64,000 nt of DNA. Source: an uncultured Verrucomicrobiae bacterium (lineage in GTDB: Bacteria > Verrucomicrobiota > Verrucomicrobiia > Chthoniobacterales > Chthoniobacteraceae). The notes beneath the pieces are model-generated. The model was not told the DNA's origin and made no database searches. It saw nothing but the letters and a program-made list of their open reading frames with translations. The stretch spans positions 32,001 through 96,000 of the forward strand of contig CAVYKI010000004.1 of NCBI GenBank assembly GCA_963769025.1, given 5' to 3'. The first letter of the stretch is position 1. The number at the start of each line of letters is the position of its first letter. Positions 45,885 through 57,743 of the stretch are shown in pieces. A program made the position numbers and the translations under genes.

Positions 45885-48476
45885 ATGAGCCGAATCCCCC
45901 TCGCACTCCTCGCGACCAGTCTCGTCGCATTTGCTGAAACACCGCGAACAACGTCCCCGCCGCCGGCGGTCGCCGGGCCGGAAATCCCCGGCCCGCAGGC
46001 CGACGGCACCGTGCTGCTTCCGAACCAATGGTCGCTGCGCCCGGCGGGGAAGCAGATTGTCGTCGGCGATTTCCCGGCGAGCATGGCGATGCATCCCGAG
46101 GGGAAATTCGCGGCGATACTGCACTGCGGTTACGGGCAGCATGAGATCCAGATCCTCGACACGGCGGCGGGAAAAATCATGTCGCGCGTGAATGTCGCGG
46201 AGGCGTTTTATGGCATCGCGTTCTCGCCCGATGGATCGCGGGTGATTTGCAGCGGCTCGGGGGACGAGGTGCTGCATGTGTTCAAATTCAAGGACGGCTA
46301 TCTTGGCGAGCCGACCTCGATCACCCTCCGGCCGAAAGCGGAGCGCGGAGTGCCGTGCGGGCTCGCAGTGTCGGCGGATGGCGCGACGATTTACGTCGCG
46401 AATGTGTGGGGGCAGACGGTGAGCCGCGTGCGGATTCCCGCGGGTGGCGGTGCGGCGGAGGTCACCGAGCTTGCGCTGGCTGCACCCGGCGTGATCGGCA
46501 AGGTCGCGCCGCGCGTGGGCGCTCCGACGGATGACCCGAGCATCACCAAGCGGGCCGAGGCGATCCTGGACACGACCGGGACAGATGCGCCTTTCCCGTA
46601 CGCGTGTGTGCTCGATGAGAAGCGCGGGCGGCTTTACGTGAGCCTTTGGGCGCAGGCGCATGTCGCCGTCATTGATTTGAAGGAGTGGAAGGAAATCGCG
46701 CGCTGGAATGCGGAGGAACACCCGAATGAAATGGTGCTCTCGAAGGGCGGTTCGCATCTCTTTGTCGCGAATGCGAACCGGAATTCCGTCTCGGTGATTG
46801 ATGTCGAGACCGGCAGGACGGTCGAGACGCTCGTCGCGGAACTCACGCCGAATGCGCCGCCGGGCAACACGCCGAACTCGCTCGCGATTTCACCGGATGG
46901 TGAGCGGCTGTTCGTCGCGAATGCGAACATCAACACCGTCGCGGTGTTTGAAATCGAGAAGCCCGGCCACTCGCGTTCGCTCGGGTTCATCCCGAGCGGC
47001 TGGTATCCCACGAGCGTGCGCGTCGTGAAGGACGGGAAACTTCTCATCGCAAATGGCAAGGGCATGGTGAGCCGCTCGAACCGCCACCTCACGCAGCCCG
47101 GCAGGAAGAGTCCGCCGGCGGGCGTGACGGAATACATCGGCGGCATTTTGCAGGGCACCCTGAGCATCGTTCCGCTGCCGGAAGGCGAGGAGCAATTTGC
47201 GACCGAACTGAAAAAGCTGAGCGCGGTCGCGTATTCCTGCATGCCGAAGGCAGCGTCGCGCATTGATGAAGCGGCGCTGAAGGGGAATCCGATCCCGCGG
47301 AAGGTCGGCGATCCGTCGCCGATCCGATATGTGATCTACATCGTGAAGGAGAACCGCACCTATGACCAGGTGCTCGGCGATCTCGGGCGCGGGAATGGCG
47401 ATCCGTCGCTCTGCATTTTCGGCGAGGACGTGACGCCGAACCACCACGCGCTGGCCCGCGACTTCGTGACGCTGGACAATTTCTACGTCGAGAGCGAGGT
47501 GAGCGCGGACGGGCACGAGTGGAGCATGGGGGCGTACGCGACGGACTTCGTCGAGAAGACGTGGCCGCTGAGCTACGGGCATGGGTCGAAGAAATTTCCC
47601 TATCCGAGCGAGGGCGTGTTCCCCATTGCCGTGCCGGCCGGCGGATACCTGTGGGACCGCGCGGCGGAGGCGGGTGTGAGCTACCGGAGCTATGGGGAAT
47701 TCACGACGAGCCCCACGGCGAAGGGCCCCGGCAAGGCGAAGGTGAAGGCGCTTGAGGGGCACTTCGATCCCGAGTATCACACGTTCGACATGAACTATCC
47801 GGATGTGAAGCGCGCCGAGCGGTTCATCTCGGAACTGCAGCGTTTTGAAAGGGAGGGCGAGATGCCGCGGCTGCAGATCGTGCGTCTGCCGAACGATCAC
47901 ACGAGCGGAGCGAGCCCCGGCAAGCCGACGCCGACCGCGCACGTCGCGGACAATGACCTGGCGTTTGGGATGCTCGTCGAGGCGGTGAGCAAGTCGAAGT
48001 TCTGGGCGAAGACGGCGATTTTTGTCGTGGAGGATGACGCGCAGAACGGGCCGGACCATGTGGACGCACATCGCACTGTGGCCTATGCGATTTCGCCCTA
48101 CACCCGCCGCGGCGTCGTGGATAGCACGCTGTATTCGACGGCTTCGATGCTGCGGACGATGGAACTGATCCTCGGGCTGAAGCCGATGTCGCAGTTCGAC
48201 GCTCTGGCGATGCCGATGTTCGCGAGCTTCCAGGAAAAGCCGGACCTCCGCCCCTACGAGCGCAAGATGCCGAAGGCGGACCTCAGCGAGATCACCAAGA
48301 AGACTGCGTGGGGCGTGAAGGAGACGAGCACGATGGACCTGTCGAAGGAGGATGCCGCGGATGACTTGCTGCTGAACGAAGTCATCTGGCGGAACGTGCG
48401 CGGTGCGGACAGCCCGATGCCTTCGCCGGTGCGTCGGGCGTGGGTGCTGGCGGGGGATGCGGACGATCCGAAATAG
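45885..48476 (+). CDS. Exported YncE/YVTN beta-propeller plus phosphoesterase/alkaline-phosphatase-family protein
   Basis: Signal peptide; propeller repeats (LFVANAN-N-V-V); YIVKENRTYDQVLGD, DNFY, SADGH, LPNDHT, EDDAQNGPDHVDAHR. Confidence 0.88.
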   Translation: MSRIPLALLATSLVAFAETPRTTSPPPAVAGPEIPGPQADGTVLLPNQWSLRPAGKQIVVGDFPASMAMHPEGKFAAILHCGYGQHEIQILDTAAGKIMSRVNVAEAFYGIAFSPDGSRVICSGSGDEVLHVFKFKDGYLGEPTSITLRPKAERGVPCGLAVSADGATIYVANVWGQTVSRVRIPAGGGAAEVTELALAAPGVIGKVAPRVGAPTDDPSITKRAEAILDTTGTDAPFPYACVLDEKRGRLYVSLWAQAHVAVIDLKEWKEIARWNAEEHPNEMVLSKGGSHLFVANANRNSVSVIDVETGRTVETLVAELTPNAPPGNTPNSLAISPDGERLFVANANINTVAVFEIEKPGHSRSLGFIPSGWYPTSVRVVKDGKLLIANGKGMVSRSNRHLTQPGRKSPPAGVTEYIGGILQGTLSIVPLPEGEEQFATELKKLSAVAYSCMPKAASRIDEAALKGNPIPRKVGDPSPIRYVIYIVKENRTYDQVLGDLGRGNGDPSLCIFGEDVTPNHHALARDFVTLDNFYVESEVSADGHEWSMGAYATDFVEKTWPLSYGHGSKKFPYPSEGVFPIAVPAGGYLWDRAAEAGVSYRSYGEFTTSPTAKGPGKAKVKALEGHFDPEYHTFDMNYPDVKRAERFISELQRFEREGEMPRLQIVRLPNDHTSGASPGKPTPTAHVADNDLAFGMLVEAVSKSKFWAKTAIFVVEDDAQNGPDHVDAHRTVAYAISPYTRRGVVDSTLYSTASMLRTMELILGLKPMSQFDALAMPMFASFQEKPDLRPYERKMPKADLSEITKKTAWGVKETSTMDLSKEDAADDLLLNEVIWRNVRGADSPMPSPVRRAWVLAGDADDPK

Positions 48477-48527
48477 GGCGCGTCAAAGACCGACCGCAGC
48501 CGCGCGTTTCAGATCGCGGTCACGACT

Positions 48528-50984
48528 TCAGGCCGGGATGACGGGCTTCTCACTCTTGACCTTCACCTCGGTGCGGAGGTTGCGGCCGCCGCGGCCGCTC
48601 CACCAGAGCACGATGGGGGCCGCGATGTAGATGGAGGAGAAGGTGCCGACTACCACGCCAATGAAGATGGTGAAGGCGAAGTCGTTCAACACCGGGCCGC
48701 CCAGGAAATAGAGGGCGGCGAGCGCGAGGAGCGTCGTGCCGCCGGTGAGGATGGTGCGGCTCAGCGTGTCGTTGATGCTGCGGTTCATGATCTGCATGAT
48801 GCTCCCGCTTTCACCGTTTCGGATGCCTTCACGGATGCGGTCAAAGACGACAATGCTGTCGCTCACGGAATAGCCGGCGACCGTGAGCACTGCGCCGACA
48901 AAGATGAGCGAGATCTCGTGCCCGGTGAGGGAGAAGATCCCGACGGTGATGAGAACGTCGTGGATCACTGCGACGAGAGCCGAGATGGCGAAGGATACCT
49001 CGAACCGTAAGGCGACGTAGATCATGATCCCCAAGAGGCCGAGGCCGAGCGCGATGAGCGAGCTGTGCATGAGTTCGTCTCCGACGACGCTGCCGACCTT
49101 CTCGGTGGCCTCGGTGCGGAATTTCGCCTCGGGGAATTTTGCCTTCAGGTGGGATTCCACCGTCTGGCCGGTGTCGATGGGCGAACGGACGGTGAGGAAC
49201 TCGGCGGTCGCGGATTTTTCCGTCTGCACCACGCTGTCGGCAAGCTTCAGCTCGTCGAGCGCTTCGCGGACCTTAGAGTCGCTGACCTTGGGACCCTGTG
49301 CCTCAAGCACGAGGCGGTCGCCGCCGCGGAAGTCCACACCGAAATTCGAAGCTCCCCTCATCGCGAAACCCACCGACAGGGCGGCGATGAGGATGACCGA
49401 GGCAGAAATGGCCACCCGGCGCTGACCCATGAAGTTGACATTCGTCTTCCCGATGAGGTCCGCCATGGTGATCTTCTTCAGGATGTTGAAGTGGAACATC
49501 CAGAGGAACAGATTGCGCGTGATGACGAGCGCGGTGAACATCGAGGCCACGATGCCGATGGTGAGCGTGACGGCGAATCCCTTCACCGGACCGGTGGCCT
49601 GCCAGTAGAGGATGGCGGCGGTGACCAGGGTGGTCACGTGCGAATCGAAGATGGCGGAGAATGCCTTGCTGTAGGAGGTGTCGAGGGCGGCCTTGAGCGA
49701 CTTCCCGGCGGCGATTTCAGTGCGGAGGCGCTCATAGATGAGCACATTGGCGTCGATCGCCATGCCGAGGGTGAGGATGGTGCCGGCGATGCCCGGCAGG
49801 GTGAGCACGGCGCCGAACATGGCGAGGATGCTGAAGAGCAGCAGACCCTCGATGGCCAGCGCGATGAGGGCCACGAGGCCGGCCAGCCGGTAATAGAAGA
49901 GCACGGCCACCCAGATGAGCAGCATGCCCACCACGCCGGACCAGATGCCGCTGGAGATTGAATCCGCGCCGAGCGATGCGGACGCGCTGCGCTCCTCCTC
50001 GATCTTCACCGGGTTTTGCAGCGGGTTCAGCAGCGAACTGGCGAGTCCGCGTGCTTCCGCCTCGGTGAATTTGCCGGTGATGCGGCAGCCGCCGCCGGCG
50101 ATGCCGCCATGCACCTGCGTGGTGGGGGCGGAGATGATCTTGTTGTCCAGCACGATGGCAAAGCGATCCGTGCCGACGCGCATGGCCCGCGTGAGTTCGA
50201 AAAATTTGTCTCCCGCCTCCTTGTCGAACTGGATGCTGATGAACCAGCCCTCGAGATCGTAGCCCGCGTATGCGGACTTGATGTGATCGCCCGTGATGTC
50301 GGGCACGCGATGGACGAGCAGCTTGCGCTCCGCAGCCTCGGGATCCTTATCCGCCTTGAACGGCAGAACCGTCCACGTTGGATCGAGAATCCTCTGCTTT
50401 GCCTCAATGGCGGGCAGCAGGGCGCTGCTTTCTGGATGCACCATCCGGAAGTCCAGCTTTGCCACCTCCTGGAGCTGCTTGCGCGTGTCTTCGAGTTGCT
50501 CGGGTGCAAGACCGGGAATCTGCACGAGCACCCGGTCGCCTCCGGACGGCGTGATGACCGGCTCGCCTGTGCCCATCTTGTCCACGCGGGTCCGGATCAC
50601 CTCGACGGCCTGATCGAGCGCCTCACGAGTGACGGGCCGCTTTTCCCCCGTGATCGGGTCCTCGGCAGGCTGAATCCGGATCAGGAAAGTGGTGCCGCCC
50701 TTCAGGTCGATGCCGAGCGGAATCCGACCCTTCTTTTCGATCTTCTCCCTCCCGGTCTCGGGATCGATGATGACCTGGCCGGTCACGGGATCCTTTGCGA
50801 TCACGTCGAACGGCGGATAAACGAAGACCACACCAATCGTGACAGCGAGGACGGTCAGCAACGTCCCGAGGATGCGCTTTGCCCTCTCCCCATCGGTGAT
50901 GAGATAGGCCAAGCAGAGGATTAGCAGTACGAGGCCGTAGGCGAACGTCGCGTACGGATGGGTGAGGGATTCGAGGAACTTCAT
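48528..50984 (-). CDS. secDF: Protein translocase SecDF fusion
   Basis: LGIDLKGG, RVDKMGTGEP, TLPGIAGTILTLGMAIDANVLIYER, GVDFRGG, GYSVSDSIVVFDRIRE, TLSRT. Confidence 0.96.
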   Translation of the reverse strand: MKFLESLTHPYATFAYGLVLLILCLAYLITDGERAKRILGTLLTVLAVTIGVVFVYPPFDVIAKDPVTGQVIIDPETGREKIEKKGRIPLGIDLKGGTTFLIRIQPAEDPITGEKRPVTREALDQAVEVIRTRVDKMGTGEPVITPSGGDRVLVQIPGLAPEQLEDTRKQLQEVAKLDFRMVHPESSALLPAIEAKQRILDPTWTVLPFKADKDPEAAERKLLVHRVPDITGDHIKSAYAGYDLEGWFISIQFDKEAGDKFFELTRAMRVGTDRFAIVLDNKIISAPTTQVHGGIAGGGCRITGKFTEAEARGLASSLLNPLQNPVKIEEERSASASLGADSISSGIWSGVVGMLLIWVAVLFYYRLAGLVALIALAIEGLLLFSILAMFGAVLTLPGIAGTILTLGMAIDANVLIYERLRTEIAAGKSLKAALDTSYSKAFSAIFDSHVTTLVTAAILYWQATGPVKGFAVTLTIGIVASMFTALVITRNLFLWMFHFNILKKITMADLIGKTNVNFMGQRRVAISASVILIAALSVGFAMRGASNFGVDFRGGDRLVLEAQGPKVSDSKVREALDELKLADSVVQTEKSATAEFLTVRSPIDTGQTVESHLKAKFPEAKFRTEATEKVGSVVGDELMHSSLIALGLGLLGIMIYVALRFEVSFAISALVAVIHDVLITVGIFSLTGHEISLIFVGAVLTVAGYSVSDSIVVFDRIREGIRNGESGSIMQIMNRSINDTLSRTILTGGTTLLALAALYFLGGPVLNDFAFTIFIGVVVGTFSSIYIAAPIVLWWSGRGGRNLRTEVKVKSEKPVIPA

Positions 50985-51002
50985 GGCAGGGGTCGGGGAA
51001 AA

Positions 51003-51344
51003 TCAGGCTGCGGGAGCCGCTTCCTTCGGGAGGACGACGACGACGGACGCCTTGTCCACGGTCAGTTTGCAATTGTCATCCACCTTCAGCACCAGCGTCG
51101 GGCCGTCCTTCACATTCGTCACCACGCCGTGGATGCCGCCATTGGTCACCACCCGGTCGCCCGTCTTCAGCCCCGCGATGCGGGCGATCAGTTCCTTCTG
51201 TTTCTTCTGCTGCGGGCGGATCATGAACAGCCACATGATGACCATGATGGCGCCGAACCAGATGAAGGTATTCCACATCTGGAGGCTCGGATCGCCTCCC
51301 GGTGCCGGTGCCTGCGCGAGGATGTGGGTCAGTGGGATATTCAT
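51003..51344 (-). CDS. yajC: Preprotein translocase subunit YajC
   Basis: MWLFMIRPQQKKQKE, LKTGDRVVTNGGIHGVV; directly upstream of secDF. Confidence 0.95.
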   Translation of the reverse strand: MNIPLTHILAQAPAPGGDPSLQMWNTFIWFGAIMVIMWLFMIRPQQKKQKELIARIAGLKTGDRVVTNGGIHGVVTNVKDGPTLVLKVDDNCKLTVDKASVVVVLPKEAAPAA

Positions 51345-51502
51345 AGAGTAAAAAAGGGCGCACAGGCTATGCGGCTCGCGGTGATTGTCCAAGGTTTTCC
51401 GTGGCCCCGCTCGCCTGCGGACCGTGCGGGAGCATCAATGTCGCCATTCCGGCCCTGGGCGTCGCCTCGGGCGTCGTTCGGAATACGCGATGGCGCCGCC
51501 GA

Positions 51503-52716
51503 TCATTTCCCGGAGTCCTTGCCGTCGGTGAGCCATTCGAGGTTGAAGCGCGCGAGCGTGAGCGCGGCGCCTGCGAAGCCGGGCTGTGTGCCGCGGCCGT
51601 AGAAGCAGAGGATGGTGCCGGCGTGCGTGACGGCGATGTCGCTGTACATGCTCGGGCCGGGCTCGATGGGTTTGTTGACGGTCCACGTCCGGCCTTCGTC
51701 GTAGCTGAGCTTCACGGAGACGTTCTTGCGGTCGCGGTTCTTGCCGGGCTCCTCCTTGCCGTCGGCGCGCGAGAGGTTGTCGGGATTGGAAAAGAGGATG
51801 CGGTTTTTGCCTCCGGTGGCTGCGGTGGAGAAGCGCACGATGCCGGCCATGCAGATGGGTTCGAGCAGCGCATCGTCAAATTTCGGCGTCGCTCCAGCCG
51901 GTCGCGCCGTCCTTGCTCGTCGTGACGAGGCGGCGGTGGGCCTTGGATTCGCTGCGCACGTTCAGCATCACGCGGCCGTCGGCGAGTTCGATGGCGACGG
52001 TTTCATTCGGATTGATCCATTCCTCGGTGCAGGGAATGGCGATGTCGCCGGCGTGCCAGGTCGGCGCCGTGGTCGTCGCTGAAGATGGTCGCGGTGACCG
52101 ACGGGCGGTGCGCATTGCCGCCGGTGCCGGTGGAGAGCCACACGGGAACGACGAGGCGGCCGGTGCGGAGCTGGATGCTGTGGTCGGGGCCGGTCGCGAG
52201 GACCTTCCAGTCGTAGGCGGATCTGAATTTTTCAAACGTGCCGGTGATCTCCACCGGCGCGCTCCAGCTCACGCCGTCGTCGGTGCTGCGCTGGTAGAAT
52301 GCGCGCATGTATTCGAGGCAGAAAAGCATGTGCACCGTGCCGTCGCTGTCGGCGATGAGGACGGGGTTGTTGTACGTCACGTCGTTCGGATCCACGTTTT
52401 TCATCCGCAGCGAGAAGGGATTCTTCGCCTTCGGGCCCGGCACGTCGGCGATGCTCTTTGGTTCGCTCCAGGTCTTGCCGTCATCGGTCGAGCGGCGGAG
52501 CAGGATGCGGATGTCGTCCCAGTCGCCGCCTTTCCTGCGCGCCTCGCACCACGCGAGCACGGTGCCCTTCGCGGTCACGACGATGCCGGGGATGTGGTAG
52601 ATCTTATATGCGGGATTGTCGCCGACCGTGAAGAGGTCGAGCTTTTCGATGAAGGGCTCGGCGGCGGTGGCTGCGACGGCGAGCAGGGCGAGGACGGCGA
52701 TGAGGCGGGATTTCAT
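51503..52716 (-). CDS. Exported sialidase-like (GH33/BNR) protein; frameshifts near 52070 and 51885
   Basis: Signal peptide; YHIPG; Asp boxes RSTDDGKTWS, RSTDDGVSWS, SDDHG-TW, SKDGATGWS, SYDEGRTW; NE, NVRS, SMYSD. Confidence 0.88.
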
Positions 52717-52847
52717 GGCGGAGCAGCGTGTGCGGACGGTTGGGGTTTTGACTCGGAGACGCAGAGAGGGGATGGAGAGGCAGGCGGAGGAAAGAAGAAA
52801 AATGAGTCCCGCGATGACGAGCGGAAGGGCGTCGCGTTACACGCACT

Positions 52848-52996
52848 GCGCCTTGGACTGCGGCGGCTTGCCGCCGCTTTGTGGTCGGCGAGCCTTGGCG
52901 AACGTGGGGGGGCATCGGGACACACGGGATCGCTCGCCATCTTCTCGGCAAGCCTCGAAGCGGAAAGCGGCGGCAAGCCGCCGCAGTCCAGGGCGC
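52848..52996. repeat. REP-like inverted-repeat doublet
   Basis: 33-nt arms at 52848-52880 and 52964-52996 match 32/33 as reverse complements; each holds the internal palindrome GCGGCGGC-TT-GCCGCCGC. Confidence 0.85.
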
Positions 52997-53006
52997 CAGT
53001 CGCGCG

Positions 53007-53771
53007 TCACCACTCGCCGCCGCGCTTGAACTTTGCCTTCGCGTTCTTCCCAAACTGCGCGGCGGCGGCACCGATGCCGCTGAGGATTTCCTGCAAGCTG
53101 AAGCCGGCCGTGTCGCGGGCGGCGGGGATGATGGTGTCGCACTCGTTGGCGTCCATGAATCGCGCGGCATCGAGCAGACCCGCCTGTTCCTCGGGCGCGA
53201 CGACGAGGAAGCCGTGCTTGTCCGCGTGGATCAGATCGCCGGGCGACACCTTGCGGCCAAAGACCTCGACCTCGCAGCCCCAGCGCACCGGATGCGAGAA
53301 CGCGTGCCCCACGCACATCCGCCGGGCGAGCGCCTTGAAGCCGGCGTTGGTCATTTCATCGACGTCGCGAATCGCGCCGTCGGTGATCGTGCCGACGCAG
53401 CCGAGCGCGCGGTGGATGTTGCTGTTCACCTCGCCCCAAAACGCGCCGATCATGCGCGGCTTGTCGAGGTCCTGCACGACGACGATCTTCGGCCCGGGCG
53501 CCATCGCGACGTATTCGCGATACTCGGTCCACGCGTTCGGGTTCGTGTCGCGGTGCGCCTTCTTGCTCGGCTCAAAGACGACGGTGACGGCGTAGCCGAC
53601 CATCGGGCCCATCTGCGGCATGAAGTCGCGCGTCTCCTCGAGATTGAACGCATCGGCGGCGGGGTCGTGTTTGGTGATTTGCTCCCAGCCGTTGTAGATG
53701 GTGGGCGTATTCCAGCGTTTGAGCTGGAGGAGGTCGGCGTGGGAAAGGCGCGCGGGGGTGTCGTTGCTCAT
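53007..53771 (-). CDS. RraA/HMG-aldolase family protein
   Basis: MVGYAVTV, IVVVQD, AFWGEVNS, GTITDGAIRDVDE, VSPGDLIHADKHG. Confidence 0.88.
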   Translation of the reverse strand: MSNDTPARLSHADLLQLKRWNTPTIYNGWEQITKHDPAADAFNLEETRDFMPQMGPMVGYAVTVVFEPSKKAHRDTNPNAWTEYREYVAMAPGPKIVVVQDLDKPRMIGAFWGEVNSNIHRALGCVGTITDGAIRDVDEMTNAGFKALARRMCVGHAFSHPVRWGCEVEVFGRKVSPGDLIHADKHGFLVVAPEEQAGLLDAARFMDANECDTIIPAARDTAGFSLQEILSGIGAAAAQFGKNAKAKFKRGGEW

Positions 53772-53871
53772 GGCTGCGCGCATTCGTCCACATTTCCACA
53801 GCACCGCACAAGCCGGAGGTCCCGCTGTTTTCACTCCCCGGGTTCCCAATCGGCGGCCTGGCAGCCGGGCC

Positions 53872-54426
53872 TTACTTGGCCTGGAGGGCCTTCAAGGCAT
53901 TGAGCCCGCCGGGGGCGCTCGCAGCGCTCGTGGCGGCTCCGCGGGTCGCCTTGCGAACGGCGTTGTCGAATTCCTTGTCCATCGGATGGCCGCTGAAAAT
54001 GAGCGCGCCGGTCGTGTCGAAAATGAACGCGTGCGGGATGCCGCTGAATTTCACGGGTCCGCTGACGCCGCCGGTAATCGTATAGGCGAGCTGGTTCTTC
54101 TTCACCACCTGCTTCACCTCTTCATCGCTTGCGTTCTGCGAGTGCGCTCCAAAGACGACCATCTTGCTCTTCTCGCGTTTCGCGATGGAATTGATGTGCG
54201 GGAGGCTGGCGATGCACGGGCCGCAGTGCACGCCCCAAGCCTCGATGAGCACGGCCTTACCTGTTGTGTCCGCGAGGCTCGTCTGGGGGCCCGTGATGAA
54301 ACTGCCCAGTTTGAACTCGCTGAGCGTGTGCGGCGGCGCGGAACCCGCGGATTTCTTGGTGTCGGCGGCGATGAGCGCGCCGCATGTGAGCAGGAACGTG
54401 AGTCCGATTCCGGGAAGGGTTTTCAT
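53872..54426 (-). CDS. Exported TlpA/ResA-like thioredoxin
   Basis: Signal peptide; GKAVLIEAWGVHCGPC, GIPHAFIFDTTG. Confidence 0.88.
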   Translation of the reverse strand: MKTLPGIGLTFLLTCGALIAADTKKSAGSAPPHTLSEFKLGSFITGPQTSLADTTGKAVLIEAWGVHCGPCIASLPHINSIAKREKSKMVVFGAHSQNASDEEVKQVVKKNQLAYTITGGVSGPVKFSGIPHAFIFDTTGALIFSGHPMDKEFDNAVRKATRGAATSAASAPGGLNALKALQAK

Positions 54427-54574
54427 GGCGGCAGGGAGGGTGATGCGTCCGCGTACCGGGTTCAAGTCACGATTCCGTGCATCCTGGGCGTGCCCCGCTG
54501 CCCGGCAGTGGTGGCGGAAGCGGGCCGCTCCTCTCGCGGGACGCAGCCCCTCGGAATTCGGATCGTGATTCCCG

Positions 54575-55731
<1,157 letters not shown>

Positions 55732-55990
55732 GGGAGTGGGTGGGTTTTGGGTTTGAGAGGGGCGGGAGTTCAGCAAAGCGCCGCGCGTGTTGCAATCGCC
55801 GAGCGGCATCATTTTGCAGGATTGCGCGGGAGCGCGGGCGGCGGGGGGAAATCTCACGTTTGGCAGGCGAGGCGGGGTTTGCGTGCCGGGGACTCCGTCA
55901 CGAAAATCTCGCGCTGCAGATGAGTGCCGGACAAACCTGCGGCTTCAATGCCGATTTCCGTTTCGACGATCTCCGCACACCACGAACCAC

Positions 55991-56890
55991 ATGCAAAATC
56001 TTAACCGGACCGACATGCCCGCGCCGATGCCGGTGATCGTCGGTGCCCCGCGCTCGGGCACCACGCTCCTGCGGCTGATGCTCGATGCGCACCCGGACCT
56101 CGCGATTCCGCCGGAGACCGGATTTTTCTGCGGGCTGCCGGAAGCGGGCGGGCCTTCCGGATGCACGCGGGAATGGTTCATGGATTTCATCACGACCTGC
56201 CCGCCCGGCGCGCCCGCGTGGGGCGACTTCGGCGTGTCGGCCGACGCTTTGCGGGAGAGCCTGGAAGCGATCCAGCCGTTCAATCTTGCGGATGCTTTTC
56301 GCTGCTTCTACCGGCTCTACGCCGAGCGGCACTCAAAGCCGCGCTCGGGCGACAAGACTCCCGTCCACGCCCTCCACATCGCTGCCATTGCGCGGTTGCT
56401 GCCCGAAGCACGCCTCGTCCATCTCATTCGCGACGGGCGCGACGCCGCGCTTTCCATCCGCCCGCTCTGGTTTGCACCGGCGCAGGACTTCGCCGGGCTC
56501 GCGGCGCATTGGCAGCACATCGTCCGCACGACGCGCAGCCAGGCAAGGGAGTGTCCGCACTACCGGGAGGTGCGGTACGAGGACCTCATCCGCAAACCGG
56601 AGCGGGAGCTGCGGGCGCTCTGCGAATACCTCGAGCTGCCATTTGATCCCGCGATGCTCGCTTATCACGAGCGCGCCGGGGAGCGCCTGCGCGAACATCG
56701 GGATCGCAGTGCAGCCGACGGGACGCTGATCGTCTCGCATGAGACTCGCAGGAGCACGCACGCACTCACGTCGCGTCCGCCGGACGTCACGCGGATCGGC
56801 GTGTGGCGCTCGGAGATGCCGCCGGAAGCGCAGGCCAAATTCGGCGCGGTGGCAGGCGATCTTTTGCGGGAACTCGGCTACGGCGACTGA
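55991..56890 (+). CDS. Sulfotransferase family protein
   Basis: IVGAPRSGTTLL (5'-PSB), GDKTP, LIRDGRDAALS (3'-PB), VRYEDL, ELGY. Confidence 0.92.
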   Translation: MQNLNRTDMPAPMPVIVGAPRSGTTLLRLMLDAHPDLAIPPETGFFCGLPEAGGPSGCTREWFMDFITTCPPGAPAWGDFGVSADALRESLEAIQPFNLADAFRCFYRLYAERHSKPRSGDKTPVHALHIAAIARLLPEARLVHLIRDGRDAALSIRPLWFAPAQDFAGLAAHWQHIVRTTRSQARECPHYREVRYEDLIRKPERELRALCEYLELPFDPAMLAYHERAGERLREHRDRSAADGTLIVSHETRRSTHALTSRPPDVTRIGVWRSEMPPEAQAKFGAVAGDLLRELGYGD

Positions 56891-56941
56891 TAAACGATCG
56901 CCCCGTTGCATTGGGGAGTTTGCACCTTATGGTGCGCGTGA

Positions 56942-57739
56942 ATGACCGACATCGAGTTTCCGTGGCAGCAACGCAGGGCGGCGCTCGTCGTGGCTCATCC
57001 GGGGCACGAACTGCGTGTGCATCATTGGATGGAACTGGCGCGGCCGCTCGTACTCGTGCTCACGGATGGCTCGGGCCGCACGACGCAGTCGCGCCTTTCC
57101 TCGACGACGCGAGTCATGGACGCGACCGGGGCCAGGGCGGGGGAAGTGTACGGCCGTTTCACGGATGCGGGGATCTACGCGGCGGTGCTGAACGGCCGGC
57201 AGGAGGAGTTCACGGGCGTGATGCGCGAGATGGCGCGGATCTTTGATGGTGAGGGAATCGACTATGTCGCGCACGACGCGATAGAGGGCTACAATCCGTC
57301 GCACGATCTTTCCTGGCACCTCGCCGGTGCGGCGACCGCGCTGGCGCGGAAAATCAGCGGCCGCGAGATACGGCGCTTTGATTTTTTGCTGACCGGGCGG
57401 CCCGATCAGTGCCCCGCGGAAGCGCAGCCGGCGGCCATTTGTGTCACGCTCGACGATGCGGCGCTCGAACGGAAACTGTCCGCCGCGGAGACGTATCCCG
57501 AGCTGAAGACCGAGGTGGACGCCACGCTCGGAAAATTTGGGAAGGCACCGTTTGCGGTGGAATGGCTGCGGCCCGCACCGGACGCGGCACCGGATCTCGC
57601 GGACCTGGATGAAATTCCATTTTACGAAAGCCACGGCGAGGCGCGCGCGGCGTCGGGCCATTATTCGGACGTGATTCGTGAGCGGGAGCATGTGCTGCCG
57701 ATCGCCAGGACGCTGTGGAGAACCGCCATGGAAGGCTAG
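56942..57739 (+). CDS. Hypothetical protein, LmbE/PIG-L deacetylase-like with variant metal motif
   Basis: LVVAHPGHELR (cf. AHPDDE), VLTDGSG, EGYNPSHD, ALERKLSA. Confidence 0.55.
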   Translation: MTDIEFPWQQRRAALVVAHPGHELRVHHWMELARPLVLVLTDGSGRTTQSRLSSTTRVMDATGARAGEVYGRFTDAGIYAAVLNGRQEEFTGVMREMARIFDGEGIDYVAHDAIEGYNPSHDLSWHLAGAATALARKISGREIRRFDFLLTGRPDQCPAEAQPAAICVTLDDAALERKLSAAETYPELKTEVDATLGKFGKAPFAVEWLRPAPDAAPDLADLDEIPFYESHGEARAASGHYSDVIREREHVLPIARTLWRTAMEG

Positions 57740-57743
57740 GGGC

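Noticed and set aside
54480..54560. Possible decayed REP-like copies here and near 51440-51480 and 17290-17430
   Set aside because: Similarity to the 52848-52996 element is too weak to support by eye
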